Shown one piece after another: positions 26,019 through 40,400 of a DNA stretch of 64,000 nt. Below the pieces are notes generated by a model. It ran no database searches, was not told where the DNA came from, and was given only the letters and a program-made list of their open reading frames with translations. A program made the translations under genes and the position numbers. The stretch is taken from positions 68,884,001 to 68,948,000 of the forward strand of contig CM052816.1 in assembly GCA_028534125.1 (NCBI GenBank), given 5' to 3'. The stretch is from Lama glama. Taxonomy: Eukaryota. Each line of letters starts with the position of its first letter. The first letter of the stretch is position 1.

Positions 26019-27997
26019 GTACCTCCTCTTCCCGCTAGAGCCTTGCGGCTCTCTTAGCCCAAACTTCGATTCGGGAGTCATTTCTCGAGTTTCCGCTAAG
26101 AATAGTCTTGGGTGGGGAGCGCAGGTACTCTGGCTAGCTGGGGAGATGTCCTGCAGGAATCCAAGCCTCAAGGATAGGAACATCCTCCTCCCTCCTAGTA
26201 TGTTAACGGGGGCCGTGTTCTCAGAGCTGTTTTGACTAACTTGCGCCAGGCAGGCTCACCTGGAGGACTCCCCTGCCAGACAAGTCTCTGGTTCCCCTCC
26301 CCGTCTATTCCTTGGAGCTGCGACAAGGCAACGTGGAGATTGCGCACTGCGGCACAAGGCGGGTAGGTGGGAGCAATGTTGCGTTCTGGGCACCTGACAC
26401 TCGTGCAGTCTGTTTTCCCAACAAGCCCTTACAGGGCCGTTCATTAACCATTTTCATTCCCTGGATGTCTAAGGAGTGCAGCGATCGGAAGATAATTTCT
26501 CAGTCAAGACTGGAATAAACGAAAAGAGTTTACATTTGGAGGAAGCAGGAAGAAAAACAAAGGTCTCTGGAAGAAATCTTACTGAAAACTTTCCTCTCTG
26601 CAGAGATAGCCCTTCAGCAGTTGAGCAATTTAAGGGCCTTTTCACCCCTCCAAAGACTACTGTCACAACCCTCATGGGGCAAAGAGGCACCCCCCCCACT
26701 TACCATTATCCCACTTCTACCGCTTGCCAGAGCTGACACTGCCAGGCAGATGATGGATGGCATCATCTGAGGCCTGGTGCCCAGAAGGACAGGAGATCCT
26801 AGTTAGACGCAGCCTGCAGGAAGAGTGTAAGTTCCAGCTTCCTGGAAGCAGTTGCTGGGGATATGAAATTTCACAGTACAGAACTCTCCAGAGGATATGA
26901 CCACCCCCTACAATTAGGGTCGGTGGTGGAGCAAAGCTTCCCAGGGCCTTCTCTAAGTGCTTCTTAGAACTGGGATAGAGTCCTAGACTCAGGGCAGGTG
27001 GTCAACGAGAGCAGAGATTGTTAAGGGAGGAGGTGAGAGTAGGCATTGCCCTGCAGGGGCCATTCTATTATTCTATTATTCTTTTTAGATCTGGATCCTC
27101 AAATAAGATAAGACAACCTGAGCCTCTTTCAACTGGCCCAGAGGGCTACATCACTCCCTTACTCCAACATGTTTATTTTGTATGTAACAAAAACCAAGTA
27201 GGTTTGTGCTGAATTTTTGCTTATTGTATAGAGAACATAAATTTGACATCATATTCTGGGTTAGTCTTTTTTTTTTCTTTCTCCTGTCTGTGTTGGATAA
27301 ATGCAAGTTTTTAAAAAATCTAATTGGAAGATAGGATTAAAAGTTTCAAGGACAGAGCTCATGCCAGATGGCCCAAGAGGTCCAGAACTTGTCCTGGGGA
27401 AGGCAGAGCTGGTGCAGGGGGAAATAGACCCCTAGGGAAAGATTCCAGGGGGAAACCCCTGGCCAGTGCACACTCTGGTCACATTTCCCAGCCTTTTTTC
27501 CTCTTGGGAAAGTGGACAGAGAGAGGGAATGCTCTAGCAGTGTTTGAGGTCCATAAAGGGGCAAGACTGGGATAAAACAGGAGGACGTATTTCCTGGGCC
27601 CCAATCCCTGAGTTGGCTTCCAGTATCCTCATGGTTAGGGTTCTTCTCAAACCTCTACTAAGAGAGAGACCTTTTAGCCCTTGGAAAATGACTCTCATTT
27701 CTGACTCCTTCAACCAGGGCAGAATTCATGCTTTAGGATTCATCTGGGGCCCTCAGTCCTTCCTTTCTAAGCCCCCTTCCCCTAACAGCCTCAGTTCCCA
27801 ACTAGTGCTAGAAGGGTTCCTGGTTGAAGCTCTCCTCCCTGAGGGAAACAGATACTTGTACATTCTTTGAAGTTAATGTCAGAATAAATTCCTCTTCTCA
27901 GAAATATCTGAATTGTAAAGGAGGGCTTTTGGGAGAAGAGTATGATTAACCCAAAGGAATTTTAAAAATCCAATAATAATGCAATTAGTTGAATAGA

Positions 27998-28497
27998 NNN
28001 NNNNNNNNNNNNNNNNNNNNNNNNNNNNNNNNNNNNNNNNNNNNNNNNNNNNNNNNNNNNNNNNNNNNNNNNNNNNNNNNNNNNNNNNNNNNNNNNNNNN
28101 NNNNNNNNNNNNNNNNNNNNNNNNNNNNNNNNNNNNNNNNNNNNNNNNNNNNNNNNNNNNNNNNNNNNNNNNNNNNNNNNNNNNNNNNNNNNNNNNNNNN
28201 NNNNNNNNNNNNNNNNNNNNNNNNNNNNNNNNNNNNNNNNNNNNNNNNNNNNNNNNNNNNNNNNNNNNNNNNNNNNNNNNNNNNNNNNNNNNNNNNNNNN
28301 NNNNNNNNNNNNNNNNNNNNNNNNNNNNNNNNNNNNNNNNNNNNNNNNNNNNNNNNNNNNNNNNNNNNNNNNNNNNNNNNNNNNNNNNNNNNNNNNNNNN
28401 NNNNNNNNNNNNNNNNNNNNNNNNNNNNNNNNNNNNNNNNNNNNNNNNNNNNNNNNNNNNNNNNNNNNNNNNNNNNNNNNNNNNNNNNNNNNNNNNN
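27998..28497. other. Assembly gap (500 N), inferred to contain MCIDAS exon 4
   Basis: Exactly 500 N; exon 3 ends in phase 0 and the next visible exon starts in phase 1. Confidence 0.9.
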
Positions 28498-28569
28498 TCC
28501 CTCTAGCTGGCCGGGCACGAGTTTGAGGCTGCAAACCCAGCCCCTCTCTTCCTCTGCTCTCTTCGTCAG

Positions 28570-28793
28570 ACTCATCTTCTTTGATGTCGCCTTCCCTGGC
28601 CAGTGGAGACTTTCCTTTCTCTCCTTGCGACGTACTGCCGTTTGGGCCCTGTCTCTCTCCGCCGCTGGACCCACGGGCCCTACAGTCTCCGCCGCTGCGT
28701 CCTCCCGACCTGCCTGCGCCAGAGCAGTACTGGAAGCAGGTGGCCGACCAGAACCAGAGGGCGTTGGGGGACGCGCTCGTCGAAAATAACCAA
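28570..28793 (+). CDS. MCIDAS: Multicilin exon 5 (start of geminin-family coiled coil)
   Basis: CAG acceptor; (D)[20 protein letters not shown]...[29 protein letters not shown] donor. Confidence 0.95.
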
Positions 28794-29374
28794 GTAGGGA
28801 CACTGGGCTGGCATCCAGGATTCCTGGGGTGGGGACAGGGTACGGATCTGGCAGAAGTGGGGGTTGCAGGAGCGGGAATTTGCCCCTTTGGACGTTGAAA
28901 TTAGTGGTCCAGGGAGTGGTTCACGTAGCTTCTATCCTCCACTGGCTCTATCTCAGTTTACACGCCACTAAGTGGGAATAATCTTACCCACCAGATTTTT
29001 AATAGGGCTAACAAAATTTACTGAAGGCTTTCTATATGCCTGGTGTTGTGCTTACCAATTTACTTTCTCCTCATTTAATACCCACAGCCATTGAGCTAGG
29101 TACTATTACCAGCCCCATTGTACAGTTAAGGAAACTGAGGTATAGGAAGTTTGAATTTCAGAGGCAGAACCTAGATCTACCTGTTGCCCAAGTCAATGTT
29201 CTTCACACTGAGGATTAATTGAGAAACATTTTATCTAAATGCTTTGCTTAAAAAAGTTAAATAAATTGATTATTATTCTCATCAGTGTAAATGTTCTTGG
29301 GGCCTCAGTTTCTAAACAGAAGTTAGGAACTGGGTTCAATTCCTGCAGAATATACAGAAAAGACCGAGCGGTAG

Positions 29375-29644
<270 letters not shown>

Positions 29645-29778
29645 TGAGTCACTCACTCTCAGGGTCGTCTAAGTCAGCTGAGTAGCGCCGTTTGAAGTGC
29701 GCCCAGGTATCCTTTGAGCGCCCAGCGGAAGGCGAGTCTGGTTGGCCCCAGGGCGGCGCTCCTCTCCATCTTTTGTAG

Positions 29779-30219
<441 letters not shown>

Positions 30220-31235
30220 CCTAGGATGTGGTCCTCCAAAAACACTGCCCTCTAACTAGACGGAAGCGCCTGGAGGCTAAGCGGGAGCAGCTGAAACTGT
30301 TTCCTGAACGTGGCTTCTCATAAACACCTCCTCCTGAAACTTACTTTTTTCAGGAACAACAACAACAACAACAAAAATTGATACTGATGCACAAGTTCTG
30401 GTACAAAATACTGTATGTTCCCTCCCCGTTTCACACGAAACTGTGTGTGAGTGTGTGTATTTATGTGTATACACACACATATATGTCACAGTCAATTTTT
30501 AAAGTATTTATTTTTAGCAGCTTTAAATTATATACTTTTTAGAGCTGCAAGGGACTTAGAAAGCACTTAGGTATTTTATAATTACATAATGCCCTACTTT
30601 CATAAGATTGAAAAGGAGACTTTACGAAGTTAAGTAATTTTCTACAATAAGAAGTGTCATCGGAACCTTCTAAGTGATCTCACTAGTCATTAAAAAATTG
30701 TAGGCCTAGAAGCCAGGTCTCTGGGTGAATGTTTCAATATATCACTCACTTCCCCTGGTCCTGGAAGGACATGTAGTTTTGTTGCCGTTGAAAACTTTTA
30801 TTCTAGCTGCCAGGATAACAAATTAGGAGAGGTTAGGGTTAGGAATTCCTAAACACTTGTCTTACAGCAGGCTATGAAACAAAGGAAAATGCAGATTCTC
30901 GGAGGCAATGGGCTATCGCCAAAATAGGTGCTAAACATTTGTTTGTAATGATCACTTATATAATTGTAAAATTTATGATCTTTATATTAATTATATATAG
31001 TTCTATATGTTTAAACAGAATAACCACAGAAAAAGCAAACTTTGTATGAAACATATTGTTTTAAGAAAAAGGCATATCCCATATGAAAAAGAGTATTCAT
31101 ATTTTAGGATGTTCCTATTTCTGGGGGGGCAGAAACCAAGATTGGAAATCTGGGTGAAAGTAAAACTGTCTATTTGAATTCCATGGATAAAACTTGGGTT
31201 CACATTCATGTTTTATATTTCTTGGATTTATCTTT

Positions 31236-31398
31236 TTAAAAATATTTTTATTTTACTTGTGTTTATTTTTAAAAATTCTTTGGTGAGAGGAGGTGATTAG
31301 GCTTATTTATCTATTTATCTTAATGGAGGTACTGGGGATTGAACCCAGGACCTCTTGCATGTTACGCATATGCTCTACCACTGAGCTATACACTTCCC
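31236..31398 (-). mobile_element. tRNA-derived SINE (Vic-1-like)
   Basis: GGAGGTACTGGGGATTGAACCCAGGACCTC...CTCTACCACTGAGCTA is the reverse complement of the SINE head. Confidence 0.85.
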
Positions 31399-32414
31399 AT
31401 TTTGGCTTCATCTTCTAAGAAAAATTTAAGTGTTGTATGGTGCCTTCACTTTGACTTTTCTTTATTCTCTTTTGTCTGGGCTTCCTTTTTCTACTGTTGT
31501 GAAATTTTGTGAGAAGAGTAGGTCAAGTAGTGATTTGTCCCAACCTCCATAGTTCTCAACATGAGGGCTGCTTCTGGTGTTTGGGGGCTCAGTGTGGGCA
31601 GGATTCCACCGCATAGCTGGTTCTGCCATCTGAATGCCATTTGAATGGAGAGATCAGGTAACAGGAGAGCTGGGCAGGGTGGCAGAACCTGCTTCGCCAG
31701 TTTGTCCTGCATACTGTTACCTGTATTTAAATGTCCATTTAGAAAACAAACACACAAAAAGTGATAAAATAGAGCATATTTCCTCATACTTTGTCTAACA
31801 AATGGACTCTTAAAAAATATACTGCATGGTTCAGAATCCTTTTTATCAGCTCAAATATAAAGTTACTACAGTTCAGGATCAGGAAAAAAAAAAAACAAAA
31901 ACAAAAACAAAAACCCCTTAGTTGTTTCAAGAAACAATCAGCTTGTTAAAAGTCCTTTCCTTCTCCACTTCTCAGTTAGCATTTTCATAATGTATGAGCT
32001 TCAATGACAGAAAAGTTAAAAAATTATCTATATGTATTTTTTCTATTTGTCTTATGCCTGGATTTAAATTACAATTCTTACTGCCTTCCAGATTATAGAC
32101 CTATAATTGTTATGTCAGCCACTGGCAACTCCAACTGCTTATATATCTTCCATTTCTGGGGAATGGGGTTGGAGAGCTCGCCTGTGAACTAACAACACAA
32201 ACTACTGACTTTGCATTACTTAAAAAATTAGATTCATTCATTCAACAGATATTTATTGAATGTTACTGAGAATCTTAGTAATACAGATACTGAGAAATCA
32301 GGGAAAACTAAAACACAAAAGTCCTGCCCTGAGGATCTTTCTCCTGATAAGAGATAAATACTAAGCAAACACATATATAAGTGCTATGAAGAAAATGAAG
32401 AAGAGTGAAGATAG

Positions 32415-32780
32415 TGTCTTAGCTTGGGTTGCTATGATAAAACACCATAGGCAGGTGGTTTAAACAACAGATATTCATTTCTCACAAGTTCTGGATGCTG
32501 GAAAGTCCAAGTTCAGGATGTCAGCATGGCTGGATTGTGATGAGGAGCTTCTTCCTGATTTATAGATAGCCATCTTCTTGCTGTTATCCTCTCTTGGCAA
32601 GGAGAGAAGGCTCTGGTCCTCTTCTTGTAAGATCACTAATGCCACCACTGGGCTCCACTCACATGACCTCATGTAATCACCTCCCCAAAGCTCTATCTCC
32701 AAGCACCATCACACTGGGGGCTAGGGCTTCAACATATGAATTTTGTTGGTGAGGGAGGATGTAAACATTCAATCCTGAGC
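32415..32780 (-). mobile_element. MaLR (MLT1-type) solo LTR, inserted in L2 remnants (about 32230-33480)
   Basis: TGTCTTAGCTTGGGTTGCTAT...AAACAACAGA...TTCTCACA...GGGCTTCAACATATGAATTTT. Confidence 0.75.
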
Positions 32781-35436
32781 AGACAGAGACTAGGAGCTGG
32801 TGATGTTATTTAGGCAAAGTGATCTGGTCCGAGAAGCCTGCTCTGATAAAGCGACATTTGAGAAGAGACCTGAGGAAGTGAGGGAACAAGACTTACGGAT
32901 ACCAGAGGGAGGAGCAATCCAGGTAGAGGGAGCAAGAAGTCCAAAGTTTCCGTGTGTTGAGGTGGAGGGAGGGAGAATGTGCCTGACTGTTGGAGAACAG
33001 CAAGGAGGCTAGTGTTGCTAGAGCTGAGTGAATGAGGGGGAGGGAAATGGGGACACTGAGCAGAAGAGATAGCACCTTTAGGCTTTTGAGGACTTTGGCT
33101 TTATTCTGAGTAAGATGGGAAGTCATTAGGTATTTTCACCTGAGGGGTCACATGATCATACTTAGATTTTGAAATGAGTGAAGTATTCTGGTTTCTTTGG
33201 GAGAATTACAGTAGGATCGGCATGGGGAAAGAAGGGTGGAAGCAAAGAAGCTCATTTGAAGACTGTTGGGATAATTATAATTCATCCTAAGGAGGCGGCA
33301 AAATAATGGCCTCCCAAAGATGCCCATGATCTAATCCCTGGATGTTTGAGTTGAGTTCAGGGGAAAAGTTGGACTGAGAGAAATCAGTCTATGTATGGCA
33401 TTTAAGGCTATACGTCATGATTAGGTTATCGAGGGAGTGACAGCAGATGGAGAAGTCTAGGGATGAGCTCTGGGCAGACAACAGTGATGAGGAAGAACTT
33501 TCTGTTCAAACAATTGGTGGATATGCGAAATACCAGCCAGTGTCATCTTCATCTAAAGCAGGTACAGTTTATAGAAATAGTCCTTCATGTCAATTAATCC
33601 AATGAAGTATATAATTGCTGTTTGGAGGGACCATGGAACAGAATTTAAACACTGACAGGGACATTAGAGATCATTTAGTTCACCTAATATGAAAGCTGAG
33701 GTACACAAGTAAGATGCTGGCTTCTGCTTTTAGTTTCGCTAGTTAAAAAAAGAAAGGATGAGATGCTCTCTCCTCTTAAGATGCCTAAGAATTTACTGGG
33801 TGAACTAAGTGGCCTCATAGCCATTTTGTTTTTAGACCCTTGTCTTGATTTGCATTATTTTATGGAATTTTACACAAAAATCAAAAAGTCAAGGAGAATT
33901 TTTCAAAAATGAGTCTTGGAATCAGATCCAAAACAACTTCATAAATGAACATAGCGTACAGGCTCTAACCCTGGAAAAATTCAAATACCTATATATTGAT
34001 TTCTTGGTGAGAAAACAATTTACTTAAAGGAGACAAGTAAGGAAACTATTTGATAATCTCATCAAGAAGAGGGAAAAGGAGTCACTGAATGTTTAGCTTT
34101 TCCTTATACTGTTTTGAGTAAATGAATTAGAAATAATTTTGTCATGATCAACATGATCTGGCCACAAAAATATTTTCATTCCTGGTATTAAAGTTTCTTT
34201 CTAGGCAAGACCCAGTATAATAATTAGACTCCTGATTTTCTGAGTCTTAGAGTACAGATGCCAATGACATAAAGTCTCAGCTTCTGGGAGAAGATGGAGT
34301 AATGGGGGCAGGCCTGGCTTTGATTAAAGGGAGTTGGGTATCCAAAGGTGGAACCGTGCTGACTAGAGCCTCTGACTTCCCCCCTGGGTCAGGCATCTCT
34401 GGTGGGGACTCAGCAGTTGAGCCTGGCACAAGGGGAGACACTGATGTTCTATCCATCTTCAGTCACAGGGATCCTGAGGGACAATGCCTCAAATATGAAA
34501 GGATCTATGAAAGGATCCTCCCTGGAGACAGGGATGGGAGAATAGTCAGAACAGGGGGATATTGGAGTAGAGTTCTCTCACTTCCATCAATTTTCCCTCA
34601 GAAGAGAGGGCTCATTGATAACTTCTAGAACAACTTATGTCACAGAATGCACTTGGCTTATTCTGAACTATTTGTGGAGTGGGGGAAGTCCATGACCAGG
34701 CACAGGATTACGATTCTGTAGAGAACAGAACACAGAAGTATGGAACAGAGGCCTATCAAGAATTCTATGTGGTGGTAGGTAGTCTTGGGGTCTTCCCTGA
34801 GCTGATTGAGCCCACAAACCAGAACTTCTTTGACCTAGTGTTTTCCTCACTTCCTTCAGGAGGTTAACCACCCAATGACTGGGTGCTATATGAGCAATGA
34901 AGGGAGCTGTGTCCACTTATCTGTGTCCTTACGTGATGTGAATTCTTTGTACTGCTTGTTGTTGGTTTAGTAGGAAACCTCAGTGAGCAACTTTGAATCA
35001 AAGCTTCGCCATTTTCTCCTTGATTCTTTGAACTTATGTTTAGCTATGTAGTCTAGACTAGCTCAAGAAGACGTGTTAGCCTGAAATTATCTCAATAATT
35101 CCTTCATTTCAAACAGGATCAGGCACTACTCAAGGTGCTGGGGAGACAACCACAAACAAAACCAAGTTCTTGCTGTCATGAAGCATGCATTCTAGTGGGG
35201 AAGACGGTTACTGAACAAATAGTGTACAATGTCTGAAAATTAACATGTTATATAGAAAATAAAGCAGTGTCTAGGGATGAGGCGTGACAGGAATGACTGA
35301 AATAGTCATTGGTTGGCGTGTTTTTAGAACAGTTCCTATAGCAGCAAAATCAGTTTTTAAAAAGAGGCACACATAATTTAACTAGATTATTTTTAAGGGA
35401 ATGACCTCATAATTGCAAGTTAGATAGTAGTATAAA

Positions 35437-35620
35437 GTAGTGGTTCTTAAGCTGTAGCATGCCTCAGAATCACCTTATTAAAACCCAGCTTGCTGGGCCC
35501 CATCCCCAGAACTTCTGATTCAGTGGTGAGTCTGTGTGAAGTCTGAGAATGTGAATTTCTAACAAGTTCTCAGGTGACCTTGATGTCTGGGTCTAGGGCC
35601 ATCTTTGAGACACACTGTTG
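35437..35620. mobile_element. MER5A-like hAT-Charlie element
   Basis: AGTGGTTCTTAA...TCAGAATCACC...TTTCTAACAAGTTCTCAGGTGA...TTTGAGACACACTG. Confidence 0.75.
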
Positions 35621-36190
35621 AAAGAAAAATTTTAAAGATCACTTTTTGAAAGGTTAAAACAAATAAAAACCAACTGACCTGATGTTCTGCAAATAATTCT
35701 CGTGATTTAGGATGAAATTTAATGATAAAACTCATATCTACATTCAAAATAGGTCTATACTTCAAATAGTTAGACATGACAATAATGTGCTTTGAAAAAT
35801 GATGTTAGATGACTCAGAAGGTGGCTTCAATAATGGACTGAATACCTTCAGTGAAGGGACTGATGTTGAAGATAAGTGTGAAGAGTCTGAATGAATTTAT
35901 TGCTGAACTTTGTTAAAGCAGAATTCCCTGCCTCAAAGTACCTTAGACTGAGTTATAGACAGAAAGTTGCCAGGGCCCTGGAGGCAGCTTGGTTCTGATG
36001 CTGTGCAAAAACTTTCCCTTCACAAAAAATGCATTGATTTAAAGAGAGAACATTTCACACACATCTCAATGTTCTGCAACTCTGACCAAGCCTAAAAATG
36101 CATTCTTATAATGTGACCACTGGCCTATTAAAAATGTTATTTAAAAATTCAATGTTTTTTCTAACTCACTGGGTTAACAGAGTTTTTCTT

Positions 36191-36450
36191 TTTTTTTTTT
36201 TTTAACATTTTTTATTGATTTATAATCATTTTACAATGTTGTGTCAAATTCCAGTATTCAGCACAATTTTTCATTCATGGACATATACACACTCATTGTC
36301 ACATTTTTTTCTCTGTGAGTTATCATAACATTTTGTGTATATTTCCCTGTGCTATACAGTGTAATCTTGTTTATCTATTCTACAGTTTTGAAATCCCAGT
36401 CTATCCCTTCCCACCCTCCACCCCCCTGGTAACCGCAAGTCTGTATTCTC
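36191..36450 (-). mobile_element. Young 5'-truncated LINE-1 3' end
   Basis: Poly-T run, L1 3'-UTR motif TTTCCCTGTGCTATACAG, perfect 16-bp TSD TAACAGAGTTTTTCTT (36175-36190, 36451-36466). Confidence 0.9.
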
Positions 36451-37340
36451 TAACAGAGTTTTTCTTACCGCCCCAAGTACCTAACAGATCCTTCTCTGAA
36501 AAATTCTACTCTCATATTAAGGAATGTCCAGTACTTCTGTCTGGAGTGAAATTTGATTCACTCATTTGTTGAGGTCCTGTATCTTATTTTCATCTAGTTG
36601 TTTATATTTTATTTCCACTTACATCCAAAATTAATCTAAGACCATTTATAATGAAAACTTACATGAAGTAGGACAGTTAAAATTGAGTACCATTAAATGT
36701 AAGGAAATCAGCATAGTTAAGGTAGTAATTTGCTTTGATTCAATCATTCCTGCATTTAAAGACCTAAAGCCTTCCTGTAGGCAAACACCTATTCAAATTT
36801 GCATAACTATTTTCAATATTTACTTTTAAAAAGCTGCTTAACAAAATACAAGGTAAATCAGACATGACAATTATTTACATTTATTCATATTGTAGTGATA
36901 CAAGGGAAACGAAAACACCACACATTTACTTAGGATTTATATAAGCAGCCAAGTAATAATTAGAAATTGCATTTAGGTATAAAGATATGGAAAATTCAGT
37001 TATTTCTGAGCCATGTCATGGTTTAAAGAAAATACAAATACCATGTTATGTGAGGGATAATGATAGCTCTGAGCACTTGCTTAAGACCATGCCTAACTCT
37101 TAAGGTTTCATGATTTGCCTTTCATTTATTTCTTTAAAACGGAAATTCCTAATGTAGGAGATATCTTTTGGGGTTGCTTCCAAACTCATCACAATTGGCC
37201 CCCTTCTGGGAAGAGACCTGAGTACACAGGGTTGGGTCTACTGAGTTTAGGTTGTCACCACCCTCTTGCTCTCAACATCCACAACCACCACCAAGAACTG
37301 ACTGAGCCAGGAGATTCTATTTTTTTTAAAAACAGAATTC

Positions 37341-37484
37341 AGGGGAGGATATAGCTCAGTGATAGAGCATGTGCTTAGCATGGAAGAGGTCCTGGGTTCA
37401 ATCACCAGTACCTTCAATAAATAAATAAATAAAATTAAACCTAATTGCCTCCTCCCCTCAAAGTTAACAAAGTAGAAAAAAATA
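37341..37484 (+). mobile_element. tRNA-derived SINE (Vic-1-like) with (AAAT)n tail
   Basis: ATAGCTCAGTG...GGTCCTGGGTTCAATC...; TSD AAAAACAGAATT on both sides. Confidence 0.88.
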
Positions 37485-37494
37485 AAAAACAGAA

Positions 37495-40400
37495 TTTTTG
37501 AGATGTAATTTACATGCTATATAATTCACCCACTTAAAATATACAATTTAATATTTTTTAGTATATTAAAGGGTTTTGCAACCATCCCCACGACCTAATT
37601 TAAAAATATTTTTGTCTCGTCTTATAAGAAATCCTGTACCCATTAGCTGTTACTTCTCATTTTCCTCCTCAATCCTCCAGCAACTAGGTAATCACTTATT
37701 TTCTGTCTCTATAGTTTTAAATTTTGGACATTTCATATAAATGAGACCATATAATACGTATTTTTTTGTGATTAGCTTCTTTCACTTACTATTATATTTT
37801 TAAATTCATCCACGTTATAGCATACATCAGTGCTTAAATTCTTTTTATTGCCAAGTAATATTCAAATGTTGCTGTGAATATTTGTGTACAAGTTTTTGTG
37901 TAGATGTATATGTATTTTCATTTCTCTTGGAAATAAAATATTTAGGAGTGCAATTGCTGAGTCATATGATAACTCTGCATTTAACATTTTGAGGAAATGC
38001 CAAACTGTTTCCAAAGCTGTACCATTTTATACTCCCACCAGCAGTGTATGAGGGTTCCAGTTTCTCCACATTCTTTATCAACACTTGTTATTGTTTATTT
38101 GTTTGATTATAGCCATACTAATGGATGTTAGTAATATCACACTGTGGTTTTGCTTTCCATTTCCCAAATGACTAATATTATGTTGAACATTTTTTCATGT
38201 GCTTATTAGTCATTTGTATGTCTTCTTTGGAGAAAAGTCTTTTCAATCCTTTGCCCATTTTAAACTTAGGTTCATCTTTTAGAGAAAGACAAATTATAAT
38301 ATCACTTATATGTGGAATCTTAAAAAATGATACAAATTTTATTTATAAACCAAAAATAGACTCACTGGCATAGAAAACAAATTGGTTACTAAAGGGAAAA
38401 GGGTGGGGAAGGGATAAATTAGGAGTTTTGGATTAACAGATACACACTATATAAAATAGATAAGCAATAAGGACCTACTGTATAGCACAGGGAACTATAT
38501 TCAATATCTTGTAATAGCCTGATGGAAAAGAATCTGAAAAATATATGTATGCATATGTATAACTGAGCCACTTTGCTGTTCACTTGAAACTAAACTAACA
38601 TTGTAAGTCAACTACACTTCACGGAAGTAAAATTTTAAAAATTGGTTGTCTTTTTATTGTTGAGTTGTAAGAGTATTTTTAAAATTAATATTCTAGATAC
38701 AAGCCCTTTATCAGATAAATGACTTTCAAACACTTTCTCCCCTTCTATGGCTTGTCTTTCTTGATGCTATGATTTGCAGGAAATATTCTTATTTTGATGC
38801 AGTCCAATTAATTTTTTTGTTTTGTCACTTGTGCTTTTGTTACCATAACTAAGAAACCAATGTCTAACTCAAAATTGCAGTTTTACTCCTATGTTTTCTT
38901 CTGAGTTTTATAGTTTTATCTGTTAATTTAGGTCTGTGATAAATTTTGAATTAATTTTTGTATATAGTAGGTGTTCAAACTTTATTTTTTTGCATTGGAT
39001 ATCACAGGTACATCAGCATTATTTGTTGAAAAGACTATTTTCTTTTTTTGCTTTTTAAATTGAAGTATAGTTTACAATGTTGTGTAAATTTCTGGTGTAC
39101 AGCATAATGTTTCAGTCATACATGTACATACATACATTCCTCTTCATAACAGGTTACTACAAGATATTGAATACAGTTCCCTGTGCTATACAGTGGAAAC
39201 TTGTTTATCTATTTTATATACAGTAGTTAGTATCTGCAATTCTTGAGCTCCCAATTAATCCCTTCCCACCCTCTTTCCCCTCTGGTAACCATAACTTTGT
39301 TTTCTATGTCTGTGAGTCTGTTTCTGTTTTGTAAATAAGTTCATTTGTTTCTTTTTTTTTTTTTTTTAGATTCTACATATAAGTGATATCAAATGGTTTT
39401 TTTTTTCTCTTTCTGGTTTACTTCACTGAGAAAGACGATCTCCAGGTCCATCCATGTTGCTGCAAATGGCATTATTTTATTATTTATTTTTATGGCTGAA
39501 TAGTGTTCTATTGTATAAATATACTGCAACTTCTTTATCCAGTCATCTGCTGATGGATGTTTAGGTTGTTTCCATGTCTTGGCTATTGTAAATAGTGCTG
39601 CTGTAAACATTGGGGTGAATGTATCTTTTCAAATTAGAGTTTTCTCCAGATATATGCCCAGGATTGGGATTACTGGATTATATGGTAGGCCTATATTCAG
39701 TTTTTAAAGGAGTCTGCATGCTGTTTTCCATAATGGCTACACCAAACTACATTCCTACCCACAGTGTAAGAGGGTTCTCTTTTCTCCACACCCTCTCCAG
39801 CATTTATCGTTTGTGGACTTTTGAATGATGGCCATTCTGACTGGTATGAGGTGATACCTCATACCAGTTTTGATTTGCATTTCTCTGATAGTGATATTGA
39901 GCATTTTTTCATGTGCCTATTGGCCATTTGTATGTCTTTATTGGAGGATTGCTTGTTTAAGTAGTCTGCCTATTTTTGGATTGGGTTATTTGGGTTTTTG
40001 TTGTTGTTGTTGTTATTGTTGTTATTAGGTTGTATGAGCTGCTTGTATATTCTGGAAATTAAGCCCTTGGCAGTCGCATCATTTGCAAATATTTTATCCC
40101 ATTCCGTACGTTGCTTTTTGTTTTGTTTATGGTTTTCTTTGCTGCACAAATGCTTGTAAGTTTAATTAGGTCCCATTTGTTTATTTTTGTTTGTATTTCT
40201 ATTGCCTGGATTGACTGCCCTAGGACAGAATTGCTAAGATTTATGTCAGAAAATGTTTTGCCAATGTTTTCTTCCAGGAGGTTTATAGTGTCTTATGTTT
40301 AAGTCCTGAAGCCAATTTGAGTTTATTTCTGTGTATGGTCTATGGGTGTTTTCTGACTTCATTGATTTACATGCGGCCATCCAACTTTCCCAGTGCCATT

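Larger units (their letters stand above)
24880..26450. promoter_or_regulatory. MCIDAS: CpG island and promoter of MCIDAS
   Basis: Very GC- and CpG-rich region over the promoter and exons 1-3. Confidence 0.85.

Noticed and set aside
26736..26744. ACACTGCCA, a miR-34/449 8mer
   Set aside because: Lies in MCIDAS intron 3, not in the mature mRNA.
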